Positions 36,450 through 48,400 of a stretch of 64,000 nucleotides of DNA are shown here, one piece after another. Numbering within the stretch: position 1 is the stretch's first letter; each line of letters opens with the position of its first letter. A program made the position numbers and the translations under genes. The stretch lies in assembly GCF_041146345.1 (NCBI RefSeq), contig NW_027191409.1, positions 1 to 64,000 of the forward strand, given 5' to 3'. A model generated the notes under the pieces. The model did no database searches and was not told the origin of the DNA. It worked only from the letters and a program-made list of their open reading frames with translations. This DNA is from Neodothiora populina. Its lineage: Eukaryota.

Positions 36450-38193
36450 ATGGGGTTCAAGGACACAGATCTCTATCGGGAGATGACGCCGGCACTGGGC
36501 ATGGTCTGCATCTATGCATCTCTCGCCGGTGCTGGATTCGGCTTCGACAACCTCTACTGGGGTGGCTTCCTGGGCATGCCTCGTTTCCTCGAGGATTTTG
36601 GCAGATGGGACGATACGCTTCAGGCATATGCAGTAAGTCGATATAAGTACTGAAATGTGATCATTCACTACTGACAAGACACCAAACAGATTCCCACGCC
36701 GTGGCAATCGGCCGGTACAGGAGCACCCTTGGCCGGTGTCGCTTTCGGATGTCTGCTCTCTGGTTTCGTGGGTAACAAGCTCGGTCGTATCAAGACTTTC
36801 TTCCTGGCCGGCGGCATCGCCATTGTCGGCATCTTAGTCCAGGTGACATCATTCAAGAACTTCTGGCAACTCATGGCCGGACGTATCATCAACGCCTTGT
36901 CCATGGGTGTCATCTGCAACGTCGTTCCCACCTACCAGGGTGAGATTGCACCTGCTCGCATCAGAGGCGCAATGGTCAACTTCTATCAATTCTGGCAATT
37001 GGTGGGCGCATTGATGGCCACGACGGCCAACTGGGGATTCCAGTACCGCGATGACCAATGGAGCTACAGAACCACGCTGATCCTGCAGTTCATCATCCCT
37101 ATAGTGCTGATCTCTGCAGGACTGGTGCTGCCAGAATCTCCGCGATGGCTTGTGGAGAAGGGCAGGGTTGAGCAGGCGAGAAAGGTTCTGACACTGCTGC
37201 GAGGCAAAAAGGCAGCGCCGGCGATCATCGAGGAGGAGCTGGAGTTGCTCATCAAGGCTGACGCAGAACAGCGTGAGTTTCACGCGGCGACGTCGTGGCT
37301 CGACTGCTTCCGTGGGTCGAACCTGCGCAGGACCATGATCGGCGCCGGTGTACAGAGTCTACAACAGGCGCAGGGCAGCAGTTTCATCTCGAACTATGCC
37401 ATTACATTCATGCAGGCCATTGGCATCAAGCAGAACCATATGGAGATGAACGTCTTGTTCTCATTCGTCAACACCATGGGATCAACCTTGGCGTTTTACT
37501 TTGTGGACAAGTTTGGTCGTCGCAAGTGCTTGTTCGGGGGAGCGATCGTGCTGGGTTCATGCATGTACACGGTGGCGGGAGTGGTGGTCGGCGCCCCAGG
37601 GAACACGGCGGCCATGAAGGGTGTGCTTGCCGCGCTTTTTGTGTGGAATTTCTTCCAGTCCTTCGCGTGGTCCTCTTGGTGAGTTCATGCCGTTGATTCT
37701 ATATTTCATCTTGTCTACGAACGAAAAGCTGACGTGTGCCAGTGTATGGATTACCACGGCCGAGGTATCGACGCTGCAACTGCGCGAGAAGACGATGACA
37801 GTCTCGACATTCACGGGCTTCACCGTTTCCGTCATTGTCAGCTTCGTGGCGCCATACATTCAGGACGCCGGATACGGCAATCTCCAAGGAAAGATCGGGT
37901 TCCTCTGGGGATCCTTTTCCGTCATGTCTGCACTTTGGGTGTACTTCTTCCTGCCCGAACTCAAGGGTCGCAGCTTGGAGGAGCTGGACGAGCTGTTCGA
38001 GAAGAGGGTCGGCGTGTTCGCTTTCGGCAAGTACGAAGCGACTGGCTACGGCGCTCGTCTCACCAAGGTCGAGGACTTGATTGCGCACGGCGAGGTCATG
38101 GAGGGCGTCGACGTCGGTACAGACGCAGACACGAGCGGCAGGAGCTCCGAGGGAGAGAAGGGTGCCGCCGGTGTCAAGGCCCTCGAGACCTAG
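36450..38193 (+). CDS. MFS sugar porter (maltose/alpha-glucoside permease-like), 3 exons
   Basis: FGFDN, GRIK, VPTYQGEIAPARIRG, PESPRW, QQAQG, DKFGRR, AEVSTLQLREK and PELKGRSLEELD. Introns at ~36633-36689 and 37679-37743. Confidence 0.93.
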
Positions 38194-38351
38194 TGACTTT
38201 CCATGGCCTGATTATCGAGATTCCGTGTTTTCCTGATGAGATATTGATGGCTAATGATCCGGCGTTTGCGTGCAAGAGAACGAGAATTTCGATAGAAGAC
38301 TTCAGCTCCTCATATAGAATTGCATGCTTTTTTCTTTTTGCTTTCAGCGCC

Positions 38352-40210
38352 TCACCAGCCATCAAAGTTTCCAAAGCCGCCAGATCTGGCCTTCTTCTTG
38401 ACGGGCATCTCCGGCTCGTCCCATTCACCGACAATCTCGTCTTCTTCGACCGGTGGCGCAGGCTGGGCCGACTTGAGGTACTTGCCAACACCTGTGGATG
38501 GTTTCTCCGTGACAACAGTGCCGTCATTTCGGATGCGCTTGCCGGACCAGGTGGTCTTGTCGTCCTCGGTGCCGCCAGCCCTGGCAATGTCTTCCTTCTC
38601 TTTTTCTCTGACGTCCTTTTCAGATCGCTGTTTAAGCCACTCCTCAAAGGGATCGAGGTAGACGACAATGTCCTCGATGATACAGTCGTCCAACGGGTGG
38701 TTCGCATCGTCGGTCCGGACAGCCTCGAGCCTCGAGAGGGTGTCGTTGCCACCGACGACGCGGCCGAAGATGGTGTGTTTGCGGTTGAGGTGAGGCACAG
38801 GGCGGTAAGTGATGAAGAACTGCGACGAGTTTGTGTCTTTGCCCTTGTTCGCCATGGACAGAATGCCTCGGGCGTCGTGGGAGAGAGCCTGGTCGATCTC
38901 GTCGGGGAAGTTCTTGCCCCAGACGGACTGTCCTCCTCTTCCTGTGCCGGTGGGGTCTCCGCCTTGGATCTGGGAGTGTTGTGGTCAGTTCAGGAGCTTC
39001 TTCTTCAATGCAAAAGAACAAAGATACCATGAAGTTCTTGATGTTCCTGTGGAAGGCGACGCCCTTGTAGTAGCCCTTTTGCGCCAATCGAACAAAGTTC
39101 CACACGGCCTGAGGCGCCGACTCGGTGTGCAGCTCGAGGTTCAACTCGCCGAGGTTGGTCTGCAGCCGGGCATAGCCCTTGATCCTGACTCGCTTGGGCT
39201 TGAGCATGTACTCTTCGTCCGACAGCAGAGCGCGCTCGTCGCCCGTGTGGGGGGTGAGGCCGGTGCTCGTGAAGGACGCGGCGGCTTTTCCTGTCGTGTG
39301 TTTGGCCGCATTGTAAGGCACCGGCCTGCTCAGACTCGGCGCTCCCTTTGTTGTTGCCCCGCTCTTGTTTCCATTGCCACTGCTGCTCAATGCACCGCTC
39401 TTTGATTGTGAAGCTCCCGCTGCGGCGGCCGCTGCCGCTTTGCCTTCTCTCTCGGCTCGCGCTCGCGCCACGGCCTCTTTGGCCTTGAGGATCTTGGCGG
39501 CATTGCCCATGGCGTCTGTGTTGACGCCGGCCCCTCGTTCCGCCGCTTGTTCCGGAGTCAAGCCATTCTCGCCGTCCTGCTTGTACTTGAAGGCGCTGAT
39601 GTTGCGCGACTCGATGTTCTGGGGGTCCTGCAGGGTGATCATGTCCCTGCGACTGAAGTCCTGGTCCGTCACGAGATCCTTCCAATTCTTCGACTTGATG
39701 TTGAGGCGGTCTATCGTGTCGTAGGCGAAGACGTTGCCCGTGTTGGCGAGGGCGACAATGTGGGTGTTGTCGGTCAAGACCTTGTAGGTGACGGGGTCGA
39801 CATACTCGTTGTCGTCGTTCTTGGCGAAGTTGAGCTTGACGAGGTCGGCCGACTTGAGCCGAGTGCCGTCGACAGGGTTGGTGCCGTGCTTCTTGAGCCA
39901 AGGCAGGATGTTGGTGAGGTCGAAGATGGTGCCGTCAGCGGTGCACACGGGGTGCTCGAACGGCTGCAGAGAGAGGGCGCAGAAGTTGAAGGGGAGTCGC
40001 TTGAAGGCGCCGGGCACATTCTTCTTGCTCGAGTTCACATTGCTGCCTGCGCTGGCGGAGAAGGCGTCCTCTGAGGCCCATTCGCTGTGCGTGATCTGCC
40101 ACAAGGGTCAGTCTGCGTCATTGAAGAGACAAAAGAAAGAAAGAGAGAATGAAAGAAGGAAAGAAGAAGTCGTCGTGTCTTACATACAGCTTGTCCGTGC
40201 CCTTGCCCAT
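38352..40210 (-). CDS. cyp8: Peptidyl-prolyl cis-trans isomerase-like 2 (U-box + cyclophilin)
   Basis: MGKGTDKLY/ITHSEW, FKRLPFNFCALSLQPF, FHRNIKNFM/IQGGDPTGTG and SMANKGKDTNSSQFF. Two introns. Confidence 0.95.
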
Positions 40211-40670
40211 CTTTGTCGAGATCGATGGGTTCTGGTGATGGCCGTGATGAATCAGGGACAGGGACGATGAAAACTCGGAAAGTGGTTGAGAGAGAGAAGA
40301 GAAAGAAAAGAGTGAAAAGAAGAAAGAGCGATTTAGTTCGTCAATCTACCTTATCCTGAATAAATCCAGCAGTCGCGCGGGGGACGAATCAGATCAGGAA
40401 GGAACCTGGAGTCCTAGGGTACGAAGAGGCAGTCGAGGCAGTCGAGGCAGTATGACGCGCCTCGCGCAAAGGGCATCTCTAGCCGAACCACTTACTATTA
40501 CCACCACCTCATCATACTACCTCGCATTTTCATATCAAGTACAGTACCTTGCTTTGGTCTTTAGTTCATCTGCATTTGCATCATGCTCGTTATTTCAGTC
40601 TCCGATATCGTAGGTAATCATCATCGCAGCCGGCCTACCTAATCAAGCCAAGCCAGACCAAATCATTCTC

Positions 40671-42167
40671 TCATATCGTGCCTTGCCATCCCTCGCTGCG
40701 TAAATATGTCCTGAAACTCTCGTCCTCCATCTCCAAGTCCAGATCCCTGCCCTCTGGCAAGATGAAGTACAATGCGCATCCAATGACGCCGACTCCACCG
40801 GCCACATAAAACGTCGACGAAGGCCCCGCCGCGTCACGGATAGGTGTGAAGACCTGCGTGCCCACCGCTGCCCCCGCCTTGCCGAATCCTGCTGAGATGC
40901 CGTACGCAATGCCTCTGATCGCCGTCGGATACAGCTCGACTGACATCAGCCCAATCGTCGCCCCCGGTCCCATGTGTCCAAATGACTGCATCAGTCCGTA
41001 GAGGACAACGAAAGCTGGGATCGCGTTCGTCGTGAGCTTTTGGTAACAGCCCCCGACAATAAAGCCAAGCACAATGTAGCCCGTCCACCCCGCGATACCG
41101 GTCCATTTGCGCCCGATCTTGTTGCAGAGATACGATCCCAAAATCACCCCGGGCACTGCCAACAGAGCGAGAATGAACTGCCATATCGCCACCGTCCTGA
41201 TGTTGTGATCCGGTACGATGTTGTTGATGATCGCACTCGACATGATCGAGTTGGGGAAGTTGATGAAGTCGTAGAAGAAGAAGGCAGCGCTGGTCCCCAT
41301 CACTCTCCACCCGTAGCGTTTTGCGATTAGCAGATAAGGTATGCGCTCATTCTTGAAGTTGCTTTTGCGGAACAAAAGGCCGTCCTTCATGCGCAGACGT
41401 ATTAGCATGACCCCCAAGGGCAGAAAGATGGAAATGCCGTACATGGCATGGAATGCCACCTTGAGATTGTTGTTGGAGCCGATGAGGGAAAGCAGGTACA
41501 CGAGTGTGCAGATTGGTCCCGCACTCGTGGCCTGCATGGTCGAGGTAAGCACCTGGATCGGCCCTCGTCTCGAGTCAAAGTGTTCGTTTGAGCCTTCGAG
41601 CGCAGCAGCAGCCGAACTGGGATATTCCCCTCCCACACCCACACCAGCGATACCTCTGGCAATCGTCAAGTACCACAGCATTTTATCGACACCACCACTG
41701 ACCTGAAAAGTCAACGTGGCCATGAGGGAGCCGATAACTACCAAACTAGAAGTAATCCATAATCCGCCTTTGCGGGAGAAGATGTCGCAAAAGTAGCCGA
41801 GGATGACTATACCTATGACGGCTCCGACAAGCAGCGCATTAGAAATGCGGGTCTGCACAGTAGATGTGTACGCCTTGCCGACTTCATGTTTGAAGATGAC
41901 GTTTGTACTCGAGGACTGGTGGGGGGCGTCTTAGCATGCTGTGCGTGATTGCTTTGATCCTGATCGCGCTCTTACCAGACTGTTTTGATAACCATCTGAA
42001 AAATTGGCTAAAGCACTGGCGAAGAGGGTCCAAGAAGCCACTGATTTCGGATTCTTGACTATTTCGCCATCGCCATAGTCCACAATCTCGGGCTCGGCGA
42101 CCTTTGCCTCGCTTGGCTCTTCGAAAGTCTTCTCATTCGAGACCTGGTCGATCATGGAGGAAGTCAT
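40671..42167 (-). CDS. MFS glycerophosphodiester transporter (Git1-like)
   Basis: FSDGYQNSL, GVGVGGEYPSS, FFYDF and GPG.....S.E.YPT.IRG..YGISA..GK.GA.VG. One intron at ~41918-41975. Confidence 0.85.
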
Positions 42168-43508
42168 GTTCCCAAGACAATCACCAATGAACAGGAAAAA
42201 GATGGGGTCAAGGACACATTCTTATAAATGCAAGCTCTGGAGGACATTTGCCATGGAGAAATGGAGAACCCTACCTTGTTGGGTTATCTGCTCCACTTTT
42301 TCCGTGGTTGATATAGCAAAGCCCTATGCAATCCACGTACGTGAATGATAAGTGCGAGCATGTGTTACAGAGCAAGCCAGCCAGCGACATGGTGCTTAAT
42401 GAACATTCATCAGAGGCGGCCTGCTCGATGTAATTTTCTGGAGACAATTCATTCTTTTTGCATGCTGTCTTGTATCGCTTGTCAATTACGTGAGAAGCAC
42501 ATCCCACGGTTCTCTTTTTGATCGGTGAGAGTGTGGTGGACATGAATCCCTTGAGTCGACGTTCGGAAGCCTACCTTACCTACCTAAGGTAGTCACCGAT
42601 GTGAAGCCGGACAGCGACGGCGATCATTAAGGGTGGGTCTTCCTTCATCTTCACCAAGACAGCGGCTGAGATCTCGGGAGTCGACCGCAGTGGCAAGAGA
42701 ATCCTCTCAAAAGCTGCATAGTGTCCACTGAGCATATATATTTCTCTCTCTGTACATCTTCAATGTACGCTATACACAGACGCATAGAAACCATGTGTAG
42801 GTCGCGCCTGTGAGCAGCCCCTGTGCCAAGCGTTTCGTCGCGTTCGGCTTTGTTTTGATGTCACACACACACCGTTCTTGATGATTCGGGAGGTTCACAG
42901 ACAGGCGTCATTTCCGACAAACGTCCCGCCATGAGCACTGTCGACCTTGCTGCTGTACCGCTGTGCGAGATGCGACATGGCGAGCACATCTCAGCGATCC
43001 TAACGGTGAAGACAAAGAAATGGGATCTCAAGTGATCTTCATCGTCCTTTACAGTGCTTATGTGCGAAAGGAGTTCATGCACGGCAGAGGGAGACCAGGT
43101 AGAGTAATTATAGGACTGGCTTATCATCGATCATGCACACTTTGATACGGTGACAGGAGCTGAGAGCGCAAGCAAGGCCAAGCAACGGAGCTATTTTGGG
43201 TGCTAGATGACTCCCTTGATCCTTTCCTGACACTTTAATACGTGATCCACAGGCAAAACACACGCAGAGAACAAAGCAATAGGGTTACGGGACAGCGGGA
43301 CCCCCAGGGTGATCGACGCGCTAGTGCAGCGACCCGCGTCAGGCAAGGAACCGAGGGGTTTTGGGTATATCTCGTCGTGTTTCCCTTTTATTGTTTTCTT
43401 GGTTTACTGCTGACAAGATCAAATCCAAAACTCAATCCCGGCTGTCTTTTCCTTCCCGTCACAAAGATCATAATTCGTAGAGTTGTGTCGTGGCAAAGTC
43501 CGCAATAC

Positions 43509-44303
43509 ATGTCCGAAGTGATCGAGTCCGAGGCAAGGGAGGACTCTCCCTCCCCCAATCATTCAATCGTGCTATGTTCTGCGTGCCACAGCAATCCGGA
43601 AGATGCGCAACGCATACAGAACCTCGAGGAAGAAGTGCGCATGCTCAGAGATAAAGCCACGGCGGCGGGTATGCATGCTTCTCCATTCAATTTCTGGTCT
43701 CTTCCTTGGCAGGAGAGAAAGGATTCCATTCCATCCAAACGAACCCAATACTGACATTTCAATGGTAAAGCTGACAAGCTGGCTGATTACGAGGAAGAAA
43801 TTCGCCTGCTTAGGGGTCATCGCAACGATTCGCCAATGGATAACGCGCCGCTTCATCTCGCCGACGGCAGACCGGACTTGTCTCGGATGGCAAGCGCGCC
43901 CGAACACGAAGTATCTCCGCAGAGAGCCAGCTTTACTCGATTTTCCTTTCTGACTTCCAAAAAGGCTCTGCCATTACCGCCGAGTCGACCGATTTCAAGA
44001 GAAGGGTTTGCGGAGATGGAAGCCGCCTTGGCCAGAGAAACTCATCTACGGGTAGAGGCGGAGAAGAAGGCCTCCACGGTCGAGAACGAGATCGAAGAAT
44101 TGAGCGCGACCCTGTTCGAGCAGGCAAACGAGATGGTCAGCACGGAGCGCAGAGAAAAGGCGCAGCTCGTGGCAAGAGTCAGACAATTGGAAGACGACCT
44201 CTCGCGGATCCAGTCCAAAGATGGAGAAAGAAGCAGGAGGCTGGAGCGAATCGAGGAGGCCATGAAGAGGATCGACAGAGTCAAGTCACTATTGCATCCA
44301 TGA
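43509..44303 (+). CDS. Short Sec2p-domain coiled-coil protein
   Basis: LEEEVRMLRDKATAA/ADKLADYEEEI and RVEAEKK...ENEIEELSATLFEQANEMV (Sec2p GEF coiled coil). Intron ~43669-43770. Confidence 0.8.
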
Positions 44304-44365
44304 TGAAGATGCATCGAGGACCAAATCAGGAAAGAGCGACTTTGCCCGGAAAGAGGCAGGAATTA

Positions 44366-45480
44366 TCACTCAAGCTGCTCATCTTTACATCCACATGGGC
44401 CGTTTACTGGATTGCACCTGGCAACTTTCTTGCCCGGCAAGCGACAGACATAATCACTGTCGTATCTCTCGGACATACGGACAGCCGGGAAATCGGTCGA
44501 CACTATCTGCGCGCCAGACGCGAATGCCGCTTCTCTTCGTCTGACATCATTATGTACGACTGTCCAGATAGGTTGATCGGCTCGGGTCCGAACCATGTAC
44601 CCCGCTTGTACCAGCTGCTGTATCTCAGCAAAATTATGGCCGGTCGCAATATTGCGTTTGACAAAGGCGCAGTCCGCCCGACCGGGCAACGAGTTTGTGA
44701 AGATGATTCGTCCCTCCAGGTTTCCATGGCCTTCCATGCGGTATGCGTCACGCACGTTGTCACGTCCTGGGTTCGGACTGTTGTCCATCAGAAAAAACAC
44801 TTTCCCGCGAGACTCGTCCAGCGCTGGCCAGCCATATTTGAGCACTGATTGCTCGAGCGTTAGCCCATTCCTGCGAACGTCGTCTGGTGTAATCATCCTT
44901 TCCTCTGGGAACACTGATCTGATCTCTCGATCCAAGAATGCCAAGTTGCTCGGGTTCCACTCCTCAGACTGGACCCCGCCAATGGCCAGTGATGGCGTTC
45001 CAGCAGTCTTGAACTCAAGTAAGATGGGGATTGGTACATGTGCGGGATGTGCATCGGACCACTCTTTCACCTGCTGTAAGCAGTCAACCAGCGTGTAGCA
45101 TGTCGATCGTACATCGAGGTCCGAGATGTGGAAGACTTTGGCTCCAGGCTGATCCATGACGCTTGATGCAGCACCCCCTGGTGTCCCTCCATGTGTCAGT
45201 TGCCGGATGATGGGCGCGGTATATCGCCCGCCAGCTGAGTCAGCCCATATGTCAAATTCGAACCCACGCACTTGCTGATGATCAAGCTGATCCCGCGGCG
45301 GCGCATGTGTGTAGTAATAGTCTTCAGGGTGTCTGATCAAATGTCTGAAATACTCCTTCTCTGTCGCGTTATTCTCGATGTGATAGCTGTTGTGTGTTGC
45401 CACAATCTGGATCTGGTTCATGCGAAGCAGGCTGGTGCCGTTGATGCCTGGCTGGCTTGTTGTCGCGATAGTGGAGATAC
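44366..45480 (-). CDS. PLC-like phosphodiesterase, bacterial-type Ca2+-dependent PI-PLC family (N-terminal exons uncertain)
   Basis: LRMNQIQIVATHNSYH, VRGFEFDIWAD, VFHISDLD, HPAHVPIPILLEFK, YMVRTRAD and SGAQIVSTDF. An upstream acceptor at ~45481 and an exon encoding SWLPTLAC suggest a signal peptide. Confidence 0.85.
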
Positions 45481-48400
45481 CTGGAGGCCGAGGATGTACA
45501 CGTCAGCTCTTCCTTCCTTACACGACTAATCGTCCATAGAGAAACCAAAACTAGATCAAGTACATACAGGCGAGCGTAGGCAACCAGCTTATGTGGCGAA
45601 AGTCTTGCCGAAACAGCACCTAGAAGCGATCAGCCCATGTCAGCATGACCATATTTATTGAATGCTTCGGCTGCCTCCTCAGCATTACTACTCCTCAACA
45701 CGCAAGTATGATCGTAGGTTAATAGCAAATACTACGCAAAGACACTTACACTTGCAATGTCGAGAAAGATTCGATGTAGAATGTCGCGAATCTCATATAA
45801 GATCCCTAGGTCCAGGTGATCGTGAAACCCACTGTACGCCGCCATTCTGTCGTCTTGTCACAGCCAAATGAGTATGTGCTTGAGATCCCAACAATAGTAT
45901 CTCGACGGGACAGATATCGAGAAACAACCCAAGCACACACACAAGCGCGCACACACACTAAACCGCGCAGCAGTGTGTCAGGTGGTCTTGTGCAATCATG
46001 AACAGCAAAGCAGCACCCAAATAAAAGTGAATCACCACTTCTCATGTCGAGCGACCGCAACCATCACGTCTTCAGTTATAGAGATAGCGCAAGACACCCC
46101 TGCACGCACCTACCGTACCCCGACTTCGGTTTTGACGCGAACCTACAGCACATTTTAGACCGATGCGACTCAGATAATCTGCAATTGGTTTAAGTCTGAG
46201 CAGAGTTTCCACTTCTTTACTTATTTGCACTGCAGACGGGGGTTCTTTACCGACACTTTGACGACTTGGCCAAGCCACGCGCGCCATGGCAATGTCTTGA
46301 TTGGTTCTTCAGGTGTGGTCTCGGTGCTCCGAAGCAGAAAGTGTGGCTATCCCCGTATCGAGAGTCGGATGTGGGGAGGGGAAGTCGAGGAAAGAGGAAA
46401 GGTTGGGGTTGTCCGCACGGTTCTAGATCGCCCTAGGCTTCGCTTAGGCACCAGCACTCTCCGGGCTTGCTAAAGCATATGTGTTAGAACGATATATTGC
46501 ATCTCCATCTATTTGATATGATAATTCGAGAAGAAGTTGTATTGCAGTGTGAGCTATGAGATGTTTCGGATGTGCTGTCATGTTATAGTTGAACTCCGGA
46601 AACAATGATCGTATATCTTGCGTGCATGTCCTGGACAATCACAACTGAGATCTAGTCATATCATGCTCTAATTTAAGGTTCAAGTAAGAGATGTTATTGA
46701 AATCCAACAAAGGACCTAACAAGCACAGGTACGTGCACAAATAACACACCAAGTAACGGACACATATACCAAAACCAGGTGCAAGTCAATAAAATACATT
46801 GTTCGACCAATGGCACTGTTGATGCACCACATTGTTGTTGTCCATTAAGGATATTCAAAGTGGACAGGGTCCCCGTCGAGCTTCAACGTCTGCATCCCAT
46901 GACTTGAACTCCTCAATCTCAATGCTCCTAGTCCATTTGAAAAAGAATTGTTCGAATACACTTTACGAGCTGAAGCTTGCATCTCATTTAACTCTTCCAT
47001 CATAATTAAGCATGATCGAATGGGGAAAGTATGATAACATAGCACGACGGACTAGTGGATATATATCTAAGGTATGCGACTATTACAATGTAATCGCATC
47101 ACCAAATTCTTAGACTCTACCTTATTTTATGATGCTGCTTGAGCGCAGTAACAAGTTTCACAGGACAACACGAAAGTGCAGATACGGGTTGCCGCTTAAC
47201 GATAAGGTCTGCCATGTCAGCTTCCCTGTCGATAGTAGACTGCACACACATTCTCACTCATTTCATAGGTCACCCCTGTTGCAATATGTCGGTACTGTCA
47301 TCCAGACCGGATTTTCACAGAGACAGCATGCAAGGTGGCTAGAACCACTGTATGCTACAAGATAATCAACTCAAGCGTGTTGATATAGACACAACTTCAT
47401 GACCAAGATCGTGCGTCTGCGTAAAAAAGGGCGCTTTGGACAATAACAGACTAGGTAAACAAACAGCATGGCCATCGATCCGGCTACCTTAGTGTTGACG
47501 TTTTGCAACTCCATCGTATCTTATCCTGTCTATTGTGAATAAAAAACTCGTTGAAAACCGGAGATTGTTATCACGCTTGATCGATGAGGCCTTACGATCA
47601 AGGGGGAGATTGTAGCGGATAGATCAAAGCACACAGACGCACCGATCGCCGTTCACATCAAGCTGCTGTTGGAAGGGGGAAGGAGTGCAGAAGCACGGTG
47701 GTTCGAAAACATTCGCCAACGTCGCACGCAATTTTGTTATTTTTGTCGTCTGGTCATCCTGCACGATCTTCTCGAACAAAGATGGAAATGAAAAAGAAAA
47801 GGAGCAAATAGGACAGCGGGGTCGTGATGCTATGCAGATGCGCTAGCGTTGCACATCAACACGTGCTTTGCTTTGCGTTGCATTGCATTAAGCTATCATC
47901 TCGACATGGTGTGGTGACCATAGGGCTATGCAGCCTCAAGGTTGATCATACGAATATTGTAAGCTGCGAACTTTTTGATAGTCTTATGGAGACACGAACA
48001 GAAATCTTACTGAGCTCGATCACTGGAACCGTACTCGCCATGGCCAATGAGGCGCAAAGCAGAGGGCTAAACACCCCCAGGCCCGAAAACCTTCGTCGAA
48101 ATTCTCTTCGAAACACGCAAATCTCGTGGCGAGCATGTGGCGTGTAAGTACCAAGTACTGCTCCTGCAACTACCAGTTATTCATTTCAACATGCACCTCC
48201 CTCTTCCTTCGCAATATCAAAGATCTTCTAGCTAGGTCTCCAGCGGCAAAGGTACTCGTCATAGGTAGCGTCGCAGAATGGCGCCGACCGAACCGCCGCT
48301 CGCATCGCTGCCAGAACGAGTCGACACATGTATCGCTGTGCCGCAAATGCAACGTTGCCAGCGGTCGCCTCTGATAGTCCTCTCCCGTGGACGTCGATCT

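Noticed and set aside
37734..39901. Long alternative-frame and antisense ORFs (432 aa, 298 aa; also 54952-55764, 51603-52445, 60619-61362)
   Set aside because: They are shadows of GC3-rich or low-complexity genuine genes and carry no recognisable motifs.
40426..40451. (GAGGCAGTC)3 and similar microsatellites (e.g. ACAAGT repeats at ~56305-56325, AT run at ~33960)
   Set aside because: Short slippage repeats with no evidence of function.
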